63,655 nucleotides of DNA, filler included, from 7 parts of 7 records of this genome joined end to end with filler, not necessarily neighbours in it; one strand, 5' to 3'; positions 37,521-48,458 are shown, counted from the whole stretch's first letter. A program made the numbers and translations. Notes: generated by a model from the letters alone, not told the origin.

Positions 37521-39246
37521 AATACTTCTGATCTGCTATTTTTTTGTTTAGAATTGATGTCGCCCGACCCAACTCAGCCGCCTTTTTCCAATTCTCTAAG
37601 GCCTTATCTTTTTGACCCAACTGGCTAAAAGCATCACCTAAATGTTCGTAGATTTCTGGATCTCTTTTTTCATAAACCAAGGCATTTTCAAACTTTTTCT
37701 TTGCTTTTTCAAAAGCACCTGTTTTAAGATAAACCAACCCCAAGGCATCTAAAAAGAACGGATTTGTCGGTGCTTGTTTCAAGGCTGCTTCTAGTTCAGC
37801 AATGGCCTGTTGATCTTTATCTTGTTCTACAAGTAAAATGGCCCGCGTTTTTACCACATTCCCATTAAACTCATCCATAGATTTTGCCTGATCTAAATAA
37901 TTATAAGCCTCTTCGTAATCTTTTTGCATCCCATAAAGTTTACCTATTTGATGTAAGAATTCAGCCTCTAATTGTGGATCATTCAGCACCAGTCCTTTTC
38001 CTAAAAACAACCATTCTTCTGATTCGCTAAATTGCTTTTGTTCATAGGCCGCTATCCCAGATAATAAGTAAACAACAGGCTGAGCAGGAAATAAATCGAG
38101 CGCTTCTTTTCCGTCTTTATACATGCCCTCATAGGCATCTGCATCATACTGCAAATACAATAATTGAAGCCAAGTATTATAAGAATTAGGATTAATAGAA
38201 ACCACTTTTTTAAATTGATCAATCGCTTTATTCGTTGAACCTTGATCTCTCAAGAAATAAGCATAGGCCAAGTGCAGCGTGTCATTTTTAATTTGCTCAT
38301 CATATATCAATTCAAACAAGGTTTCTAGTCCTTTTTCAATTTTAGGAGCATCTTGTGTTGCCTCAAAAGCATAAGGTTGCAGGCCTCTGATTAATTCTAT
38401 TTTTCGTGCAATGCTTACATCATCAAATTGAAATCCTTTTTCAAGATGAACGAAAGAGGCATCCAAATCTCCTTTTCGCAAGTCAATATCAGCCAGCATT
38501 AAATAAGCTTCTCCACTATTCGGGTTTTGTTTGAGAGACTCTTCCAATATTTTGTTGGCCGCATCTACTTGATTGGTTCTTAGAAAATAGTCTGCTATAA
38601 TCAACTTGTTTTCAACATTTGAAGGATTATCATCTATCAGTGTTTGCAATTCATTTTGAGCTGCCTCTTTATCTCCTAATTCTTGATACAAATCATGTTT
38701 GGTCAAACTTAAGTTGGGGGATTTTCCTGTTTCAACTTCAATTTCATCCAACATCTCAATGGCTCGCTTATAGTCATTTGAATGGATTAAGGATTCTGCA
38801 TACTTGAACTTAACGTCTATGTTTTTTTCCTCTTCAATTGCTTTTCCAAAAAACTCGGCGCTTTTGTGATAATTGCCGGTTTGATAATACAAATCAGCTA
38901 AGCGCAACACATACCAACGATTTTCTTCATCCAATTTAAATGCACTCTCTGCATGACTGATTGATTGCTCCGTATTTCCTAAAGCTTGATAGACATCTGA
39001 TAAGGCAAAATGTGTCGCGTCACTTTCTTGGTTGATACTTAAACATTTTTGAAACAGTTCTAACGAGAGGTCAAAATTGCCCCGCATCTTTTCACGAATA
39101 GCTTCATGAAAATTCTTTTTAAACTCATCTTCTACAGGCGTTTTCACGCGTTGTTCTTGAATCTCTTTGCTGCCCCCACAAGAAGTCAACATCAATCCAC
39201 CTAACAAGATCAATGCACCAAGAAAATATGATCGTCTTTTTTTCAA
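37510..39246 (-). CDS. TPR-repeat lipoprotein
   Basis: Lipobox LTSC; many TPRs; EHLGDA...WKKA. Confidence 0.9.
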   Translation of the reverse strand: MKKRRSYFLGALILLGGLMLTSCGGSKEIQEQRVKTPVEDEFKKNFHEAIREKMRGNFDLSLELFQKCLSINQESDATHFALSDVYQALGNTEQSISHAESAFKLDEENRWYVLRLADLYYQTGNYHKSAEFFGKAIEEEKNIDVKFKYAESLIHSNDYKRAIEMLDEIEVETGKSPNLSLTKHDLYQELGDKEAAQNELQTLIDDNPSNVENKLIIADYFLRTNQVDAANKILEESLKQNPNSGEAYLMLADIDLRKGDLDASFVHLEKGFQFDDVSIARKIELIRGLQPYAFEATQDAPKIEKGLETLFELIYDEQIKNDTLHLAYAYFLRDQGSTNKAIDQFKKVVSINPNSYNTWLQLLYLQYDADAYEGMYKDGKEALDLFPAQPVVYLLSGIAAYEQKQFSESEEWLFLGKGLVLNDPQLEAEFLHQIGKLYGMQKDYEEAYNYLDQAKSMDEFNGNVVKTRAILLVEQDKDQQAIAELEAALKQAPTNPFFLDALGLVYLKTGAFEKAKKKFENALVYEKRDPEIYEHLGDAFSQLGQKDKALENWKKAAELGRATSILNKKIADQKYYAE

Positions 39247-40248
39247 TTAATCAATTGTTGTATAATCCCCAATACTGATATCTCTTGCAGCACTTAACAC
39301 GTTTGCATGATTACCAATCATTGAATCTTTAATGTTTGCATTTTCAATTGTTGAGTGTTTCTGTATGTTAGAATTCACAATTACTGAATTGGTTACCGAA
39401 GTATTTGCACCAACTGAAACATGCGGTCCTATCACTGAGTTCGCAATTACCGCGCCATCCCCAATATAACATGGCGGAATAACAACAGAATTTTCAATGC
39501 TTGCAGTGTCAGAAACTAATTTAGTATCCTTATCAAATTCTAAAACACGTTGGTTCGTATGTACTGTAACAACTTTGTTTCCGCAGTCTAACCATTCTGT
39601 AACTTCACCTGGTTTGAATTTGGTTCCTTTTTCTGTCAATCTTCTAAATCCATCAGGCAATTGGTATTCTCCTCCTTTCATGACGTTATTGTCAATCAGG
39701 TATTGTAATTCGGTTCTTAAGCCTGCGCCATCTTTGATGTAGTAAATTCCGATCATAGCTAAATCAGAAACGAATTCTTTTGGCTTCTCAACAAAGTCGG
39801 TGATTGTTCCTTCAGCATCTAATTTTACCACTCCAAAAGCAGACGGGTCTTCAATTTGTTTCACCCATAAAACACCATCTACATTCGGGTCCATGGTAAA
39901 ATCTGCTCTGAACAAGGTGTCTGCAAAAGCAACAACAACTGGTCCGTCTAGCATTTCTTGAGCACATAAAACTGCATGAGCCGTTCCTAAAGCTTCATCT
40001 TGATAATAGATATTTCCTTTCGCCCCAAGAGACTCTGCAACGGCTATAAGTTCTGCTTCAACTTCTTTTCCAAAATCACCAATAATAAACCCTATTTCGG
40101 TTACTTTTTCGGTAGATGTTTTTGCGATATCTTCTACCAAACGGTGAACAATCGGCTTTCCTCCAACGGGAACAAGTGGCTTAGGAACTGTTAATGTGTG
40201 AGGACGTAAACGTGATCCTCTTCCTGCCATTGGTACTATTATTTTCAT
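39247..40248 (-). CDS. Sugar-phosphate nucleotidyltransferase
   Basis: MAGRGSRLRP...PKPL, VEKP, C-terminal hexapeptide repeats. Confidence 0.92.
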   Translation of the reverse strand: MKIIVPMAGRGSRLRPHTLTVPKPLVPVGGKPIVHRLVEDIAKTSTEKVTEIGFIIGDFGKEVEAELIAVAESLGAKGNIYYQDEALGTAHAVLCAQEMLDGPVVVAFADTLFRADFTMDPNVDGVLWVKQIEDPSAFGVVKLDAEGTITDFVEKPKEFVSDLAMIGIYYIKDGAGLRTELQYLIDNNVMKGGEYQLPDGFRRLTEKGTKFKPGEVTEWLDCGNKVVTVHTNQRVLEFDKDTKLVSDTASIENSVVIPPCYIGDGAVIANSVIGPHVSVGANTSVTNSVIVNSNIQKHSTIENANIKDSMIGNHANVLSAARDISIGDYTTID

Positions 40249-40252
40249 GTTT

Positions 40253-40352
40253 NNNNNNNNNNNNNNNNNNNNNNNNNNNNNNNNNNNNNNNNNNNNTTAA
40301 TTAATTAANNNNNNNNNNNNNNNNNNNNNNNNNNNNNNNNNNNNNNNNNNNN
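40253..40352. other. Artificial contig spacer
   Basis: 44 N + TTAATTAATTAA + 44 N. Confidence 0.99.
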
Positions 40353-40389
40353 GCACCTCTGGCGTGCGCGTCCTACCGAAAGGCCGTTC

Positions 40390-43300
40390 GTGACGATGAC
40401 TTCCGCTGACGCGTGCGAGCTGTGTTCCGCGCATGCTTTCGACCGTCTTGCCCGCGATTCCCATGCCATGGTGCTGGAGGTGGACGGACGGCGGTTCATT
40501 GCGCCGCGCCGCCACCTGGCCCGCTGGCGAGACCTCTCCGACGCTGAGCGCGCCGGGTTGGTGCGCTTCATCGCAGATACGCAGGCGGAGCTCGAAACCG
40601 GAGGTGGCGTTGCCGAGGTACGCTTCGTCGAGACGACCGGCCACATGCATCTCGTCGTCAGCCCGCCGATGGCCCATGTCGCCGGCGCGGAGCATGGACG
40701 GAGGGGCCCTTTACCCGCTGTGTCGGACGCGCCGCATGACCTGCCGCTGATCTCGGGCGGGGAGGATGCGCTGCATGGCCACCTGCTGCCGCTGATCGAC
40801 CGGGCAGTCGAGGTCGAGCTGGCGGTCTCCTTCCTGATGAAGTCCGGCGCGCGCATGGTGTTGCCGCAGTTGCGTGACCTGCTGGAGCGCGGCGGGCGGT
40901 TGCGTTTGCTCACAGGCGATTACCTCGGCGTGACGGAGCCCGACGCGCTGCGGATGGTGGCGGACCTCGAAGGCGACCGCGCCTTGCACGTCTTCCAGGC
41001 GGCGGCGATGCCGTTCCATCCCAAAGCGTGGATGTTCCGGTTCGGCGACGGGACCGGGGCGCTGATCGTGGGGTCGTCGAACCTGTCGCAGACGGCGCTG
41101 ACGCGGGGCGTCGAATGGAACCTCCGTCAATTCGACCAGGCGGATGCCCTGACGCTGGCCACGGCGCGCGCCGCCTTCGAGGCGTTGCTGGCCCGGCCCG
41201 AGGTGACGGCGCTGACCCCCGAATGGATCGACGCCTACGAGGCGCGGCGCATCACGGCGCCGCCTGCGGTGACGGCCATCGCCCCCGAGCCGGAGGGGCC
41301 GACGCCCGAACCGCACGGCATCCAGCGCGACGCTCTGGCCGCGCTGGAGGCGACGCGGGCCAAGGGCTACGGTGCGGGTTTGGTGGTGCTGGCGACCGGC
41401 CTCGGCAAGACCTATCTCGCCGCCTTCGACAGCCGCGCCTTCGGGCGGGTGCTTTTCGTCGCACACCGGGACGAGATCCTGACCCAGGCCATGGCGACCT
41501 TCCGCGCGGTCCGGCCCAAGGCGCGGCTGGGAAAATACACCCGGCAGGAGAAGGACGCGGGCGCAGAGATCCTCTTTGCCTCCGTGCAGACGCTGTCCCG
41601 GCTGGCGCATCTTGGGCAATTCACGCCAGACGCCTTCGATTACATCGTGGTGGACGAGTTCCACCATGCCGCTGCATCGACCTACCGGCGGATCATCGAG
41701 TATTTCTCGCCGCGGTTCCTGTTGGGCCTAACGGCGACCCCGGACCGGTCGGATGGTGGCGATCTGCTCGGGCTGTGCGAGGAAAACCTCGTCTACCAAT
41801 GCGACCTCTGGGAGGGGATCGGGCAGGAGTTGCTGTGCCCGTTCAAGTATTACGGCGTGCCAGATCTGGTGGAATACGCGCAGGTGCCCTGGCGCAACGG
41901 GCGGTTCGACGAGGCGGCGCTGACCGAGGCCGTCGCCACGCAGGCGCGGGCGGAGAACGCTCTCGAACAGCTGGCCACGCGCGGGGGCAAGAAGGCGATC
42001 GGCTTTTGCGTCTCTCGCAGGCATGCCGACTTCATGGCGGAGTTCTCGAATGCCCGCGGGTTGCGCACCGTAGCCGTCCATTCCGGCGAGACCTCGGCCC
42101 CCCGTGCCTCGGCGTTGCAAGCCTTGGAGGAGGGCGCGCTCGACGTGGTCTACGCGGTGGACATGTTCAACGAGGGCGTCGACGTGCCCTCTATCGATAC
42201 CGTGCTGATGTTGCGCCCGACAGAGAGCATCGTGATCTGGTTGCAGCAACTCGGGCGGGGTCTGAGGCGCTCGGCCGAAAAGACCCACCTTTCGGTGATC
42301 GACTACATCGGGAACCACCGGATCTTCCTGACGAAGGCGCGGGCGCTGCTGCAAGCCGGGGCAGGCGAGCGCGCGCTGAAGATGGCGCTGGATGCCTTCA
42401 CGGCAGGGACGCTGGAATTCCCTGCGGGCTGCGAGGTGACCTACGACCTCGAAACGCTGGACCTGCTGAAATCGCTGATCCGGCTGCCGCGCAACGGCGA
42501 GGAGTTGGACGCCTTCTATCAGGATTTCCGCGACCGGCAGGGGGTGCGGCCGACCGCCTCCGAAATGCAGCACGCGGGCTTCGATCCGCGGCGTACGGGG
42601 CACGGCGGGTGGCTGACATACGTGCGCGACATGGGCGACCTGACCGAACCGGAAACCAGGGTGCTGGACCGCGAGGGCGTGCTCTTGGAGATGGTCGAGA
42701 CCGTGGCGCTGAAGAACGCAGGGCGCATGGTGGCCCTGAAGGCGATGGTCGAGGCCGGGCAGATGCCGGGTCGCATGGAGGTCGCGGCGTTGACGCAGGG
42801 GGTCGCGCGGATGGCCGCGCGCAACCCGGACCTGGCGGCGGACCTGCAAGTCGATCCCGCACGCGTGGACGCCATCACGGAGCAGTTGCGCTCTGGGGCG
42901 CTGGCGGAGTGGGCAGGGACGCGCTGGTTCTCCCTGGATGGGGATCGCTTTGCGACCGAGGGTCTGACCGATGGTGCCATTTCGGGTCTTCTCGGGGAGT
43001 TGGTCGACTGGCGAATCCAGAAGCACCTCGCCCGGCGCGGACTGATCTACGAGCAGCCCGAGGTCACCTACGGCGGTGGCGCCGAAGACCCGACGCCATA
43101 CGCGCCGGCGGGGCCAAAACTCTGGGCCGAATATATGCGCGATGAGATCGCGCCGCTCTTCGGAGACACCTTCAAGTCCGGGTCCTGGAACCAGGGCATC
43201 GTCCCCATCAAGGGCGCGCAGGTGCTTGTCCTGCTGGTGACGCTGGACAAGAAGGCCCTCGCCACGGGGGATCACTACAAGGATCATTTCGAGACGGAAA

Positions 43301-43557
43301 CACGCTTCTCCTGGCAGTCGCAGACCAGCACTCGCAAGGATGGCAAGCACGGCCTGATCCTGAGCGGCAAAGAACCAGGATGGAGCGTTCACCTGTTCAT
43401 CCGCGGCGCAAAGCTGCGGGACGGCAAGGCCGCGCCCTTTCGTTATGCCGGGCCGGTGACATTCGCCGGATGGGAGGGCGAAGCGCCGATCACCGTGCAA
43501 TGGGACCTCTCGGAGCCCCTGCCTGCTGCACTGCACACGGTGTTCGGTCTGCGGTAG
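40390..43557 (+). CDS. SauUSI-like type IV restriction endonuclease (degenerate HIT + PLD nuclease + SF2 helicase + DUF3427)
   Basis: HPK...GSSN PLD motif; ATGLGKT, DEFHH, TAT, QQLGRGLR; C-terminal YKDHF...FSWQSQ...HLFIR. Confidence 0.85.
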   Translation: MTMTSADACELCSAHAFDRLARDSHAMVLEVDGRRFIAPRRHLARWRDLSDAERAGLVRFIADTQAELETGGGVAEVRFVETTGHMHLVVSPPMAHVAGAEHGRRGPLPAVSDAPHDLPLISGGEDALHGHLLPLIDRAVEVELAVSFLMKSGARMVLPQLRDLLERGGRLRLLTGDYLGVTEPDALRMVADLEGDRALHVFQAAAMPFHPKAWMFRFGDGTGALIVGSSNLSQTALTRGVEWNLRQFDQADALTLATARAAFEALLARPEVTALTPEWIDAYEARRITAPPAVTAIAPEPEGPTPEPHGIQRDALAALEATRAKGYGAGLVVLATGLGKTYLAAFDSRAFGRVLFVAHRDEILTQAMATFRAVRPKARLGKYTRQEKDAGAEILFASVQTLSRLAHLGQFTPDAFDYIVVDEFHHAAASTYRRIIEYFSPRFLLGLTATPDRSDGGDLLGLCEENLVYQCDLWEGIGQELLCPFKYYGVPDLVEYAQVPWRNGRFDEAALTEAVATQARAENALEQLATRGGKKAIGFCVSRRHADFMAEFSNARGLRTVAVHSGETSAPRASALQALEEGALDVVYAVDMFNEGVDVPSIDTVLMLRPTESIVIWLQQLGRGLRRSAEKTHLSVIDYIGNHRIFLTKARALLQAGAGERALKMALDAFTAGTLEFPAGCEVTYDLETLDLLKSLIRLPRNGEELDAFYQDFRDRQGVRPTASEMQHAGFDPRRTGHGGWLTYVRDMGDLTEPETRVLDREGVLLEMVETVALKNAGRMVALKAMVEAGQMPGRMEVAALTQGVARMAARNPDLAADLQVDPARVDAITEQLRSGALAEWAGTRWFSLDGDRFATEGLTDGAISGLLGELVDWRIQKHLARRGLIYEQPEVTYGGGAEDPTPYAPAGPKLWAEYMRDEIAPLFGDTFKSGSWNQGIVPIKGAQVLVLLVTLDKKALATGDHYKDHFETETRFSWQSQTSTRKDGKHGLILSGKEPGWSVHLFIRGAKLRDGKAAPFRYAGPVTFAGWEGEAPITVQWDLSEPLPAALHTVFGLR

Positions 43558-44559
43558 CAGGGTCGAGACGGTCCGCGCCTATACGCCCGGAGACATCCGT
43601 AGACGTCACATCGGACGTCCGGGTGCTCCGGGCCGACCGGCCACAAGATGCTCGACCACCCTACGGTACTTGCTACCGGGGTCATCCATGTCGCCGGAGC
43701 TCTTCGGTAAGCTTCGAAGTCTGCCACCACCCACAGTGGCGGAACATGCTGCCGCGCGAGGTGAGAACTGGCGGATGGTGCGGGGGCGTGAAGGGGCAGC
43801 TTGAACCCAACGTGGGCGCAATCGGGCTATGCAAACCGGGACATGCCCTCTGACATAAGACGTAACCAGAATGGTCTTCGGGTCATTGAATAACGAAACA
43901 GTGTTGCGGACATGGCTAAAGCGTTGACTTGCAACGCAAGTCCCTACTGCTCTGGCCAATACTTCCAAAAATCCATGACGGTTCACACGCTCGGTCTTCT
44001 CTGCAGAGAAATCTCGCGGCGTAGGTCACACAGGCGGTTACAGATGAGGTAGCACAGGCCTCGCAGGGTGACTCAGACGCTGTCCGAGGCGATGACCGAC
44101 TTGAGACGGTCGTTATTGGCTCCCACCTACCTCGGCCCGAATCCCGGATGTTTCCATTTGCCGCCGCCGGGGTCTGGAGGTTCTCCGGACCTCATGTGGC
44201 CGTATGGTCTCCTCAAGGACGACGGATCGCGGGGCTTGGTCCTTGGCGACAGCCTGCATCCCCACCGCGCCGCCGGCCGCAAAGCTTGCGGATATCCGCA
44301 GGGTTTCCTGCGTTCATGCGAACAGGGTGCTGCGATTCCAACATAGGAGGCGGCGGGGCCAGAGGGTATAACGCGGGACAAGCGGGCGAGACAGGTCCTC
44401 GCCGCTTGCATAGACTGGCAGCGCGATCCTTGGGAGGGGATGTGCCGGAACGGCGCCGCTGTACCCACAGTCTGCATCAGGGAGGAGACCACATTGCGAG
44501 CCATCGATCGTGTCGCCCCGGCGGCATTCGCCCTCGGCATGCCGGCAGGGTGACGAAGG

Positions 44560-45513
44560 ATGACACCCACGGACAACAGCCCGGGCGCGCTGCGCCCGGC
44601 GGCTGAACGGCCCTCGAAGGCCCCCGCCGCCCGGCTTTACGGCGCCATGGCGAACCAGCCCTGGCTGTTTCTGGCGCCGATGCTGACGATCTACGTCGTC
44701 TTCGCGATCTGGCCGATGATCGACGTCACGCTCATGAGCTTCCAGCGCTGGAACGGGCTGACCCCGGACCGGCCCTTCGTGGGGCTCAGGAATTACCGGT
44801 ACATCCTGACGCAGGATCCCGTGTTCTGGACCGCTTTCGTCAACACGCTGATCTGGACGGTGCTGTCACTCGTCTTTCCGCCGCTCATCGGCCTGCTGCT
44901 GGCGATCGGCCTCAACCGTCCGCTGATCGGGCGGGCGAGCATGAGGGCGATCTACTACCTGCCGGTGATCATCGCGCCCATCGCGGTCGCGACCATGTGG
45001 CGCTGGATGTACGACCCGTTCTTCGGCCTCTTCGCGCAGATCCTGACGGATCTCGGGCTGAGCGTCCCCGACTTCCTCGGCGACAGCGACCTCGCGCTCT
45101 ATTCGGTGTTCATCGCCTATGTCTGGCAGCAGGTCGGCTTTTCGATGGTGCTGTTCCTCGCCGGCCTGCAAAGCGTCGACAAATCGCTGGTCGAGGCGGC
45201 GCAGATCGACGGGGCGGGGCGGTGGAACAGCTTCAAGCACGTCACCCTGCCGGCCATCGCGCCCACGATCACCATCGTGCTGGTGCTCTCGCTGATCCAG
45301 TCGCTCAAGGCCTTCGACATCGTCTACGGGCTGACCGGGGGCGGGCCCTCGCAATCGACGCAGATGCTGGCGCTCTGGGCCTTCACGCAGGCCATGCAGA
45401 TCTTCGATTTCGGTCGCGGCGGGGCCACCTCGGTCATCCTGCTGGTGATCACCGTCGCCATCGTCATCCCCTACCTGCGCTGGTCGCAGAAGCGGCAGGA
45501 GAGAAGCCAGTGA
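44560..45513 (+). CDS. Carbohydrate ABC transporter permease
   Basis: FVGLRNY, EAAQIDGA (EAA loop). Confidence 0.92.
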   Translation: MTPTDNSPGALRPAAERPSKAPAARLYGAMANQPWLFLAPMLTIYVVFAIWPMIDVTLMSFQRWNGLTPDRPFVGLRNYRYILTQDPVFWTAFVNTLIWTVLSLVFPPLIGLLLAIGLNRPLIGRASMRAIYYLPVIIAPIAVATMWRWMYDPFFGLFAQILTDLGLSVPDFLGDSDLALYSVFIAYVWQQVGFSMVLFLAGLQSVDKSLVEAAQIDGAGRWNSFKHVTLPAIAPTITIVLVLSLIQSLKAFDIVYGLTGGGPSQSTQMLALWAFTQAMQIFDFGRGGATSVILLVITVAIVIPYLRWSQKRQERSQ

Positions 45514-46358
45514 AAGAGATGCTGAACGCCATGCGCCGGGACCCGGTGCTGCTGGGGCTCTGGATCAGCCTCGTGCTCTTCGCGGCGATCTGGCTGGCGC
45601 CCTTCGTCTTCATCGTCTTCACCTCGCTGAAATCCACGGCCGAGGTGCTGACCTCGGGCGCCTTTTCCCCGCCGCGCGACCCGGCCCCGGGCAACTATGT
45701 CTTCGCGTGGAACCGGGGCGGGTTCGACCGGTCCTTCTTCAACTCGGCGCTGGTCACACTGGTGAAGGTGCCGCTGGGGCTGGCGATCGCCGCCACCGCC
45801 GCCTACGCGCTGGCCCGGATGAGGAACCGCTGGAACAAGGCGCTGCTGCTGTTCGTCGTCTTCGGCACGATGATCCCCTTTCAGGTGATGCTGGCGCCGC
45901 TCTTCACGCTGGTGAACAGGATGGGGCTGATCGACACCTATGTCGGCCTGATCCTGCCCTACCTCGCCTTCGGCATCCCCTATCAGGTCTTCATCCTGCA
46001 CAGCTTCTTCCGCGGCGTCCCGCGCGAGCTGAGCGAGGCGGCGCTGATCGACGGGGCCAGCCATTTCACCACCTTCCGGCGCATCTTCCTGCCCATCACT
46101 CTGCCGGTGCTGGCCGCGCTGCTGATCCTCGATTTCGTCGCGACGTGGAACGAGTTCGCGATGGCGCTGGTGATCCTGCAGGACAAGGAGATGTGGACGC
46201 TGCCGCTTGGGCTGATGTCCTTCCAGGGCCAGTTCTCGAGCGACTACGGCCAGCTCAACGCCGCCATCGTCATCACGGTGCTGCCTGCGGTGCTCGTGTA
46301 CCTCATCTTCCAACGATACTTCGTGTCCGGCCTGACCTCCGGCGCGGTCAAGGGCTGA
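45510..46358 (+). CDS. Carbohydrate ABC transporter permease
   Basis: GTG start overlapping the upstream stop; EAALIDGA, GLTSGAVKG. Confidence 0.92.
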   Translation: MKEMLNAMRRDPVLLGLWISLVLFAAIWLAPFVFIVFTSLKSTAEVLTSGAFSPPRDPAPGNYVFAWNRGGFDRSFFNSALVTLVKVPLGLAIAATAAYALARMRNRWNKALLLFVVFGTMIPFQVMLAPLFTLVNRMGLIDTYVGLILPYLAFGIPYQVFILHSFFRGVPRELSEAALIDGASHFTTFRRIFLPITLPVLAALLILDFVATWNEFAMALVILQDKEMWTLPLGLMSFQGQFSSDYGQLNAAIVITVLPAVLVYLIFQRYFVSGLTSGAVKG

Positions 46359-46371
46359 CAAGGAGACTTCC

Positions 46372-47883
46372 ATGCCTTCCACCACTGTCGAAAAATGGGA
46401 CATCTTCGAGGCGTCGTTCGACGGGCCGTCCGAGGGGAATCCGTACCTCGACGTCTCCTTCGACGCGCTGTTCCGCCACAAGGGCCGCGAGATCCGGGTG
46501 CCCGGCTTCTACGATGGCGACGGCACCTATCGGCTTCGGTTCATGCCCGAGACGGAGGGCGAATGGACCTTCACCACCCGGTCGAAGACCCCGGCGCTGG
46601 ACGGGCAGACCGGCGGCTTCGTCGCCACGGCGCCCTCGGAGGGCAACCACGGTCCGGTCCGGGTGCGCAACCAGTTCCACTTTGCCTATGCGGACGAGAC
46701 GCCGTTCCTGTCCTTCGGCACCACCTGCTACGCCTGGACGCATCAGCCTTTGGCAGAGCAGGAGAAGACCCTGAAGACCCTCGCCGGGACGCGGTTCAAC
46801 AAGATCCGCATGGGGGTCTTTCCGAAGGACTACCCCTACAACGTCAACGAGCCGCTGCATGACGTCTACGAGGTGGTCGACGGCGCGCGCGACTTCGACC
46901 GGCCGAACTTCGAGGCCTTCCGCCACTTCGAGACCCAGATCGGGCGGCTGCGCGATCTGGGCATCGAGGCGGATGTCATCATGTTCCACCCCTATGACCG
47001 CTGGGGCTACAGCGCGATGAGCGAGGCGCAGGATTACCGCTATGTCGCCTATATCGCCGCGCGTTTCGCCGCCTACCGCAACCTGTGGTGGGCGCTGGCG
47101 AACGAATACGACTTCCTGCTCGACACGAAACCGATGGCGTGGTGGGACCGCTATTTCCAGATCCTCGAGGAAGAGGATCCCTATCGGCATCTGAAATCCA
47201 TCCACAACGGTTTCGTCGATGCCAATTACGATCACCGCAAGCCATGGGTCACGCATACCTGCATCCAGAACTGGGATGTGAAGCGTACGCCGGAATGGCG
47301 CGACACATGGGGCAAGCCGGTGGTCAACGACGAGCCGGAATACGAGGGCGATCTGATCCAGTGCTGGGGCAACATCACCGCGCAGGAGCTGACGCACCGC
47401 TTCTGGACCACCATGCTGCGCGGCGGCTATGCCGGCCACGGAGAGACCTACAGCCACCCCGATGACCTGATCTGGTGGGCCAAGGGCGGAGAGCTGCACG
47501 GCGAGGCATGGAAGCGCATCGGCTTCCTGCGCGATCTGCTCGAAGAGGACGTGACCAACGGGCTCGAGCCGATCGACCCCAAGGGCGGCTTCCCGTGGAG
47601 CCGGATCTCGGGCGCGCGGGACGGCGATGTCCGCTACATTTATTTCGGAGAGCATCAGCCCGCGATCTGGGCGGCGGGGCTGCCGCAGGACGATGGCGAC
47701 TACGCGCTCGACCTGATCGACACATGGGAGATGACGGTGACGCCGATAGAGCCGGTGCCCGCGCCCGAGAACCATCCGATCCGGCACGGCGAGGTCATCA
47801 AGCCGCGCAAGCCCGACGCGGCCTTCGCCGTCAAGCTGCCGCGCAAGCCGGGTCTTGCGCTGCGCTGCCGGAAGAAGGGCTGA
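46372..47883 (+). CDS. DUF5060/DUF4038/DUF5605 putative glycoside hydrolase (GH140 apiosidase-like fold)
   Basis: GNPY..V.F.A.F N-domain; GTTCYAW, LANEYD, SIHNG, DEPEYEG, GHGETY. Confidence 0.8.
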   Translation: MPSTTVEKWDIFEASFDGPSEGNPYLDVSFDALFRHKGREIRVPGFYDGDGTYRLRFMPETEGEWTFTTRSKTPALDGQTGGFVATAPSEGNHGPVRVRNQFHFAYADETPFLSFGTTCYAWTHQPLAEQEKTLKTLAGTRFNKIRMGVFPKDYPYNVNEPLHDVYEVVDGARDFDRPNFEAFRHFETQIGRLRDLGIEADVIMFHPYDRWGYSAMSEAQDYRYVAYIAARFAAYRNLWWALANEYDFLLDTKPMAWWDRYFQILEEEDPYRHLKSIHNGFVDANYDHRKPWVTHTCIQNWDVKRTPEWRDTWGKPVVNDEPEYEGDLIQCWGNITAQELTHRFWTTMLRGGYAGHGETYSHPDDLIWWAKGGELHGEAWKRIGFLRDLLEEDVTNGLEPIDPKGGFPWSRISGARDGDVRYIYFGEHQPAIWAAGLPQDDGDYALDLIDTWEMTVTPIEPVPAPENHPIRHGEVIKPRKPDAAFAVKLPRKPGLALRCRKKG

Positions 47884-47886
47884 GCC

Positions 47887-48458
47887 ATGGCGCAGGTCTC
47901 GATCCGCGACATCCGCAAGAGCTACGGCGCGCTCGAAGTGATCCACGGCATCGACGTGGAGATCGAGTCGGGCGAGTTCACCATCCTCGTCGGCCCGTCC
48001 GGTTGCGGCAAATCCACCCTGTTGCGGATGGTCGCCGGGCTGGAGGACATCAGCGGCGGCACCATCTCGATCGGGGGCCGCGTGGTCAACGATGTGGCGC
48101 CCAAGGACCGCGACATCGCGATGGTTTTCCAGAACTACGCCCTCTACCCGCAGATGACGGTGGCGCAGAACATGGGCTTCGCGCTGGAGATGCAGGGCGA
48201 AAGGAAGGACGCGATCGCCGCCAAGGTGAAGGCGGCGGCGGAAATCCTCGGGCTGCAACCCTTGCTGGATCGCAAGCCCGCGCATCTGTCGGGCGGGCAG
48301 CGGCAGCGCGTGGCCATGGGCCGCGCCATCGTGCGCGACCCGCAGGTGTTCCTGTTCGACGAGCCCCTGTCGAACCTCGATGCCAAGCTTCGGGTGCAGA
48401 TGCGCGCCGAGATCAAGGCGCTGCACGCGCGTCTGGGCAACACGATCCTCTACGTCAC
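47887..48458 (+). CDS. Sugar ABC transporter ATP-binding protein, 3'-truncated
   Basis: [25 protein letters not shown]. Confidence 0.95.

Noticed and set aside
41028-48426. Long alternative-frame and antisense ORFs (705, 602, 692 aa and others)
   Set aside because: Typical high-GC shadow ORFs over well-supported genes
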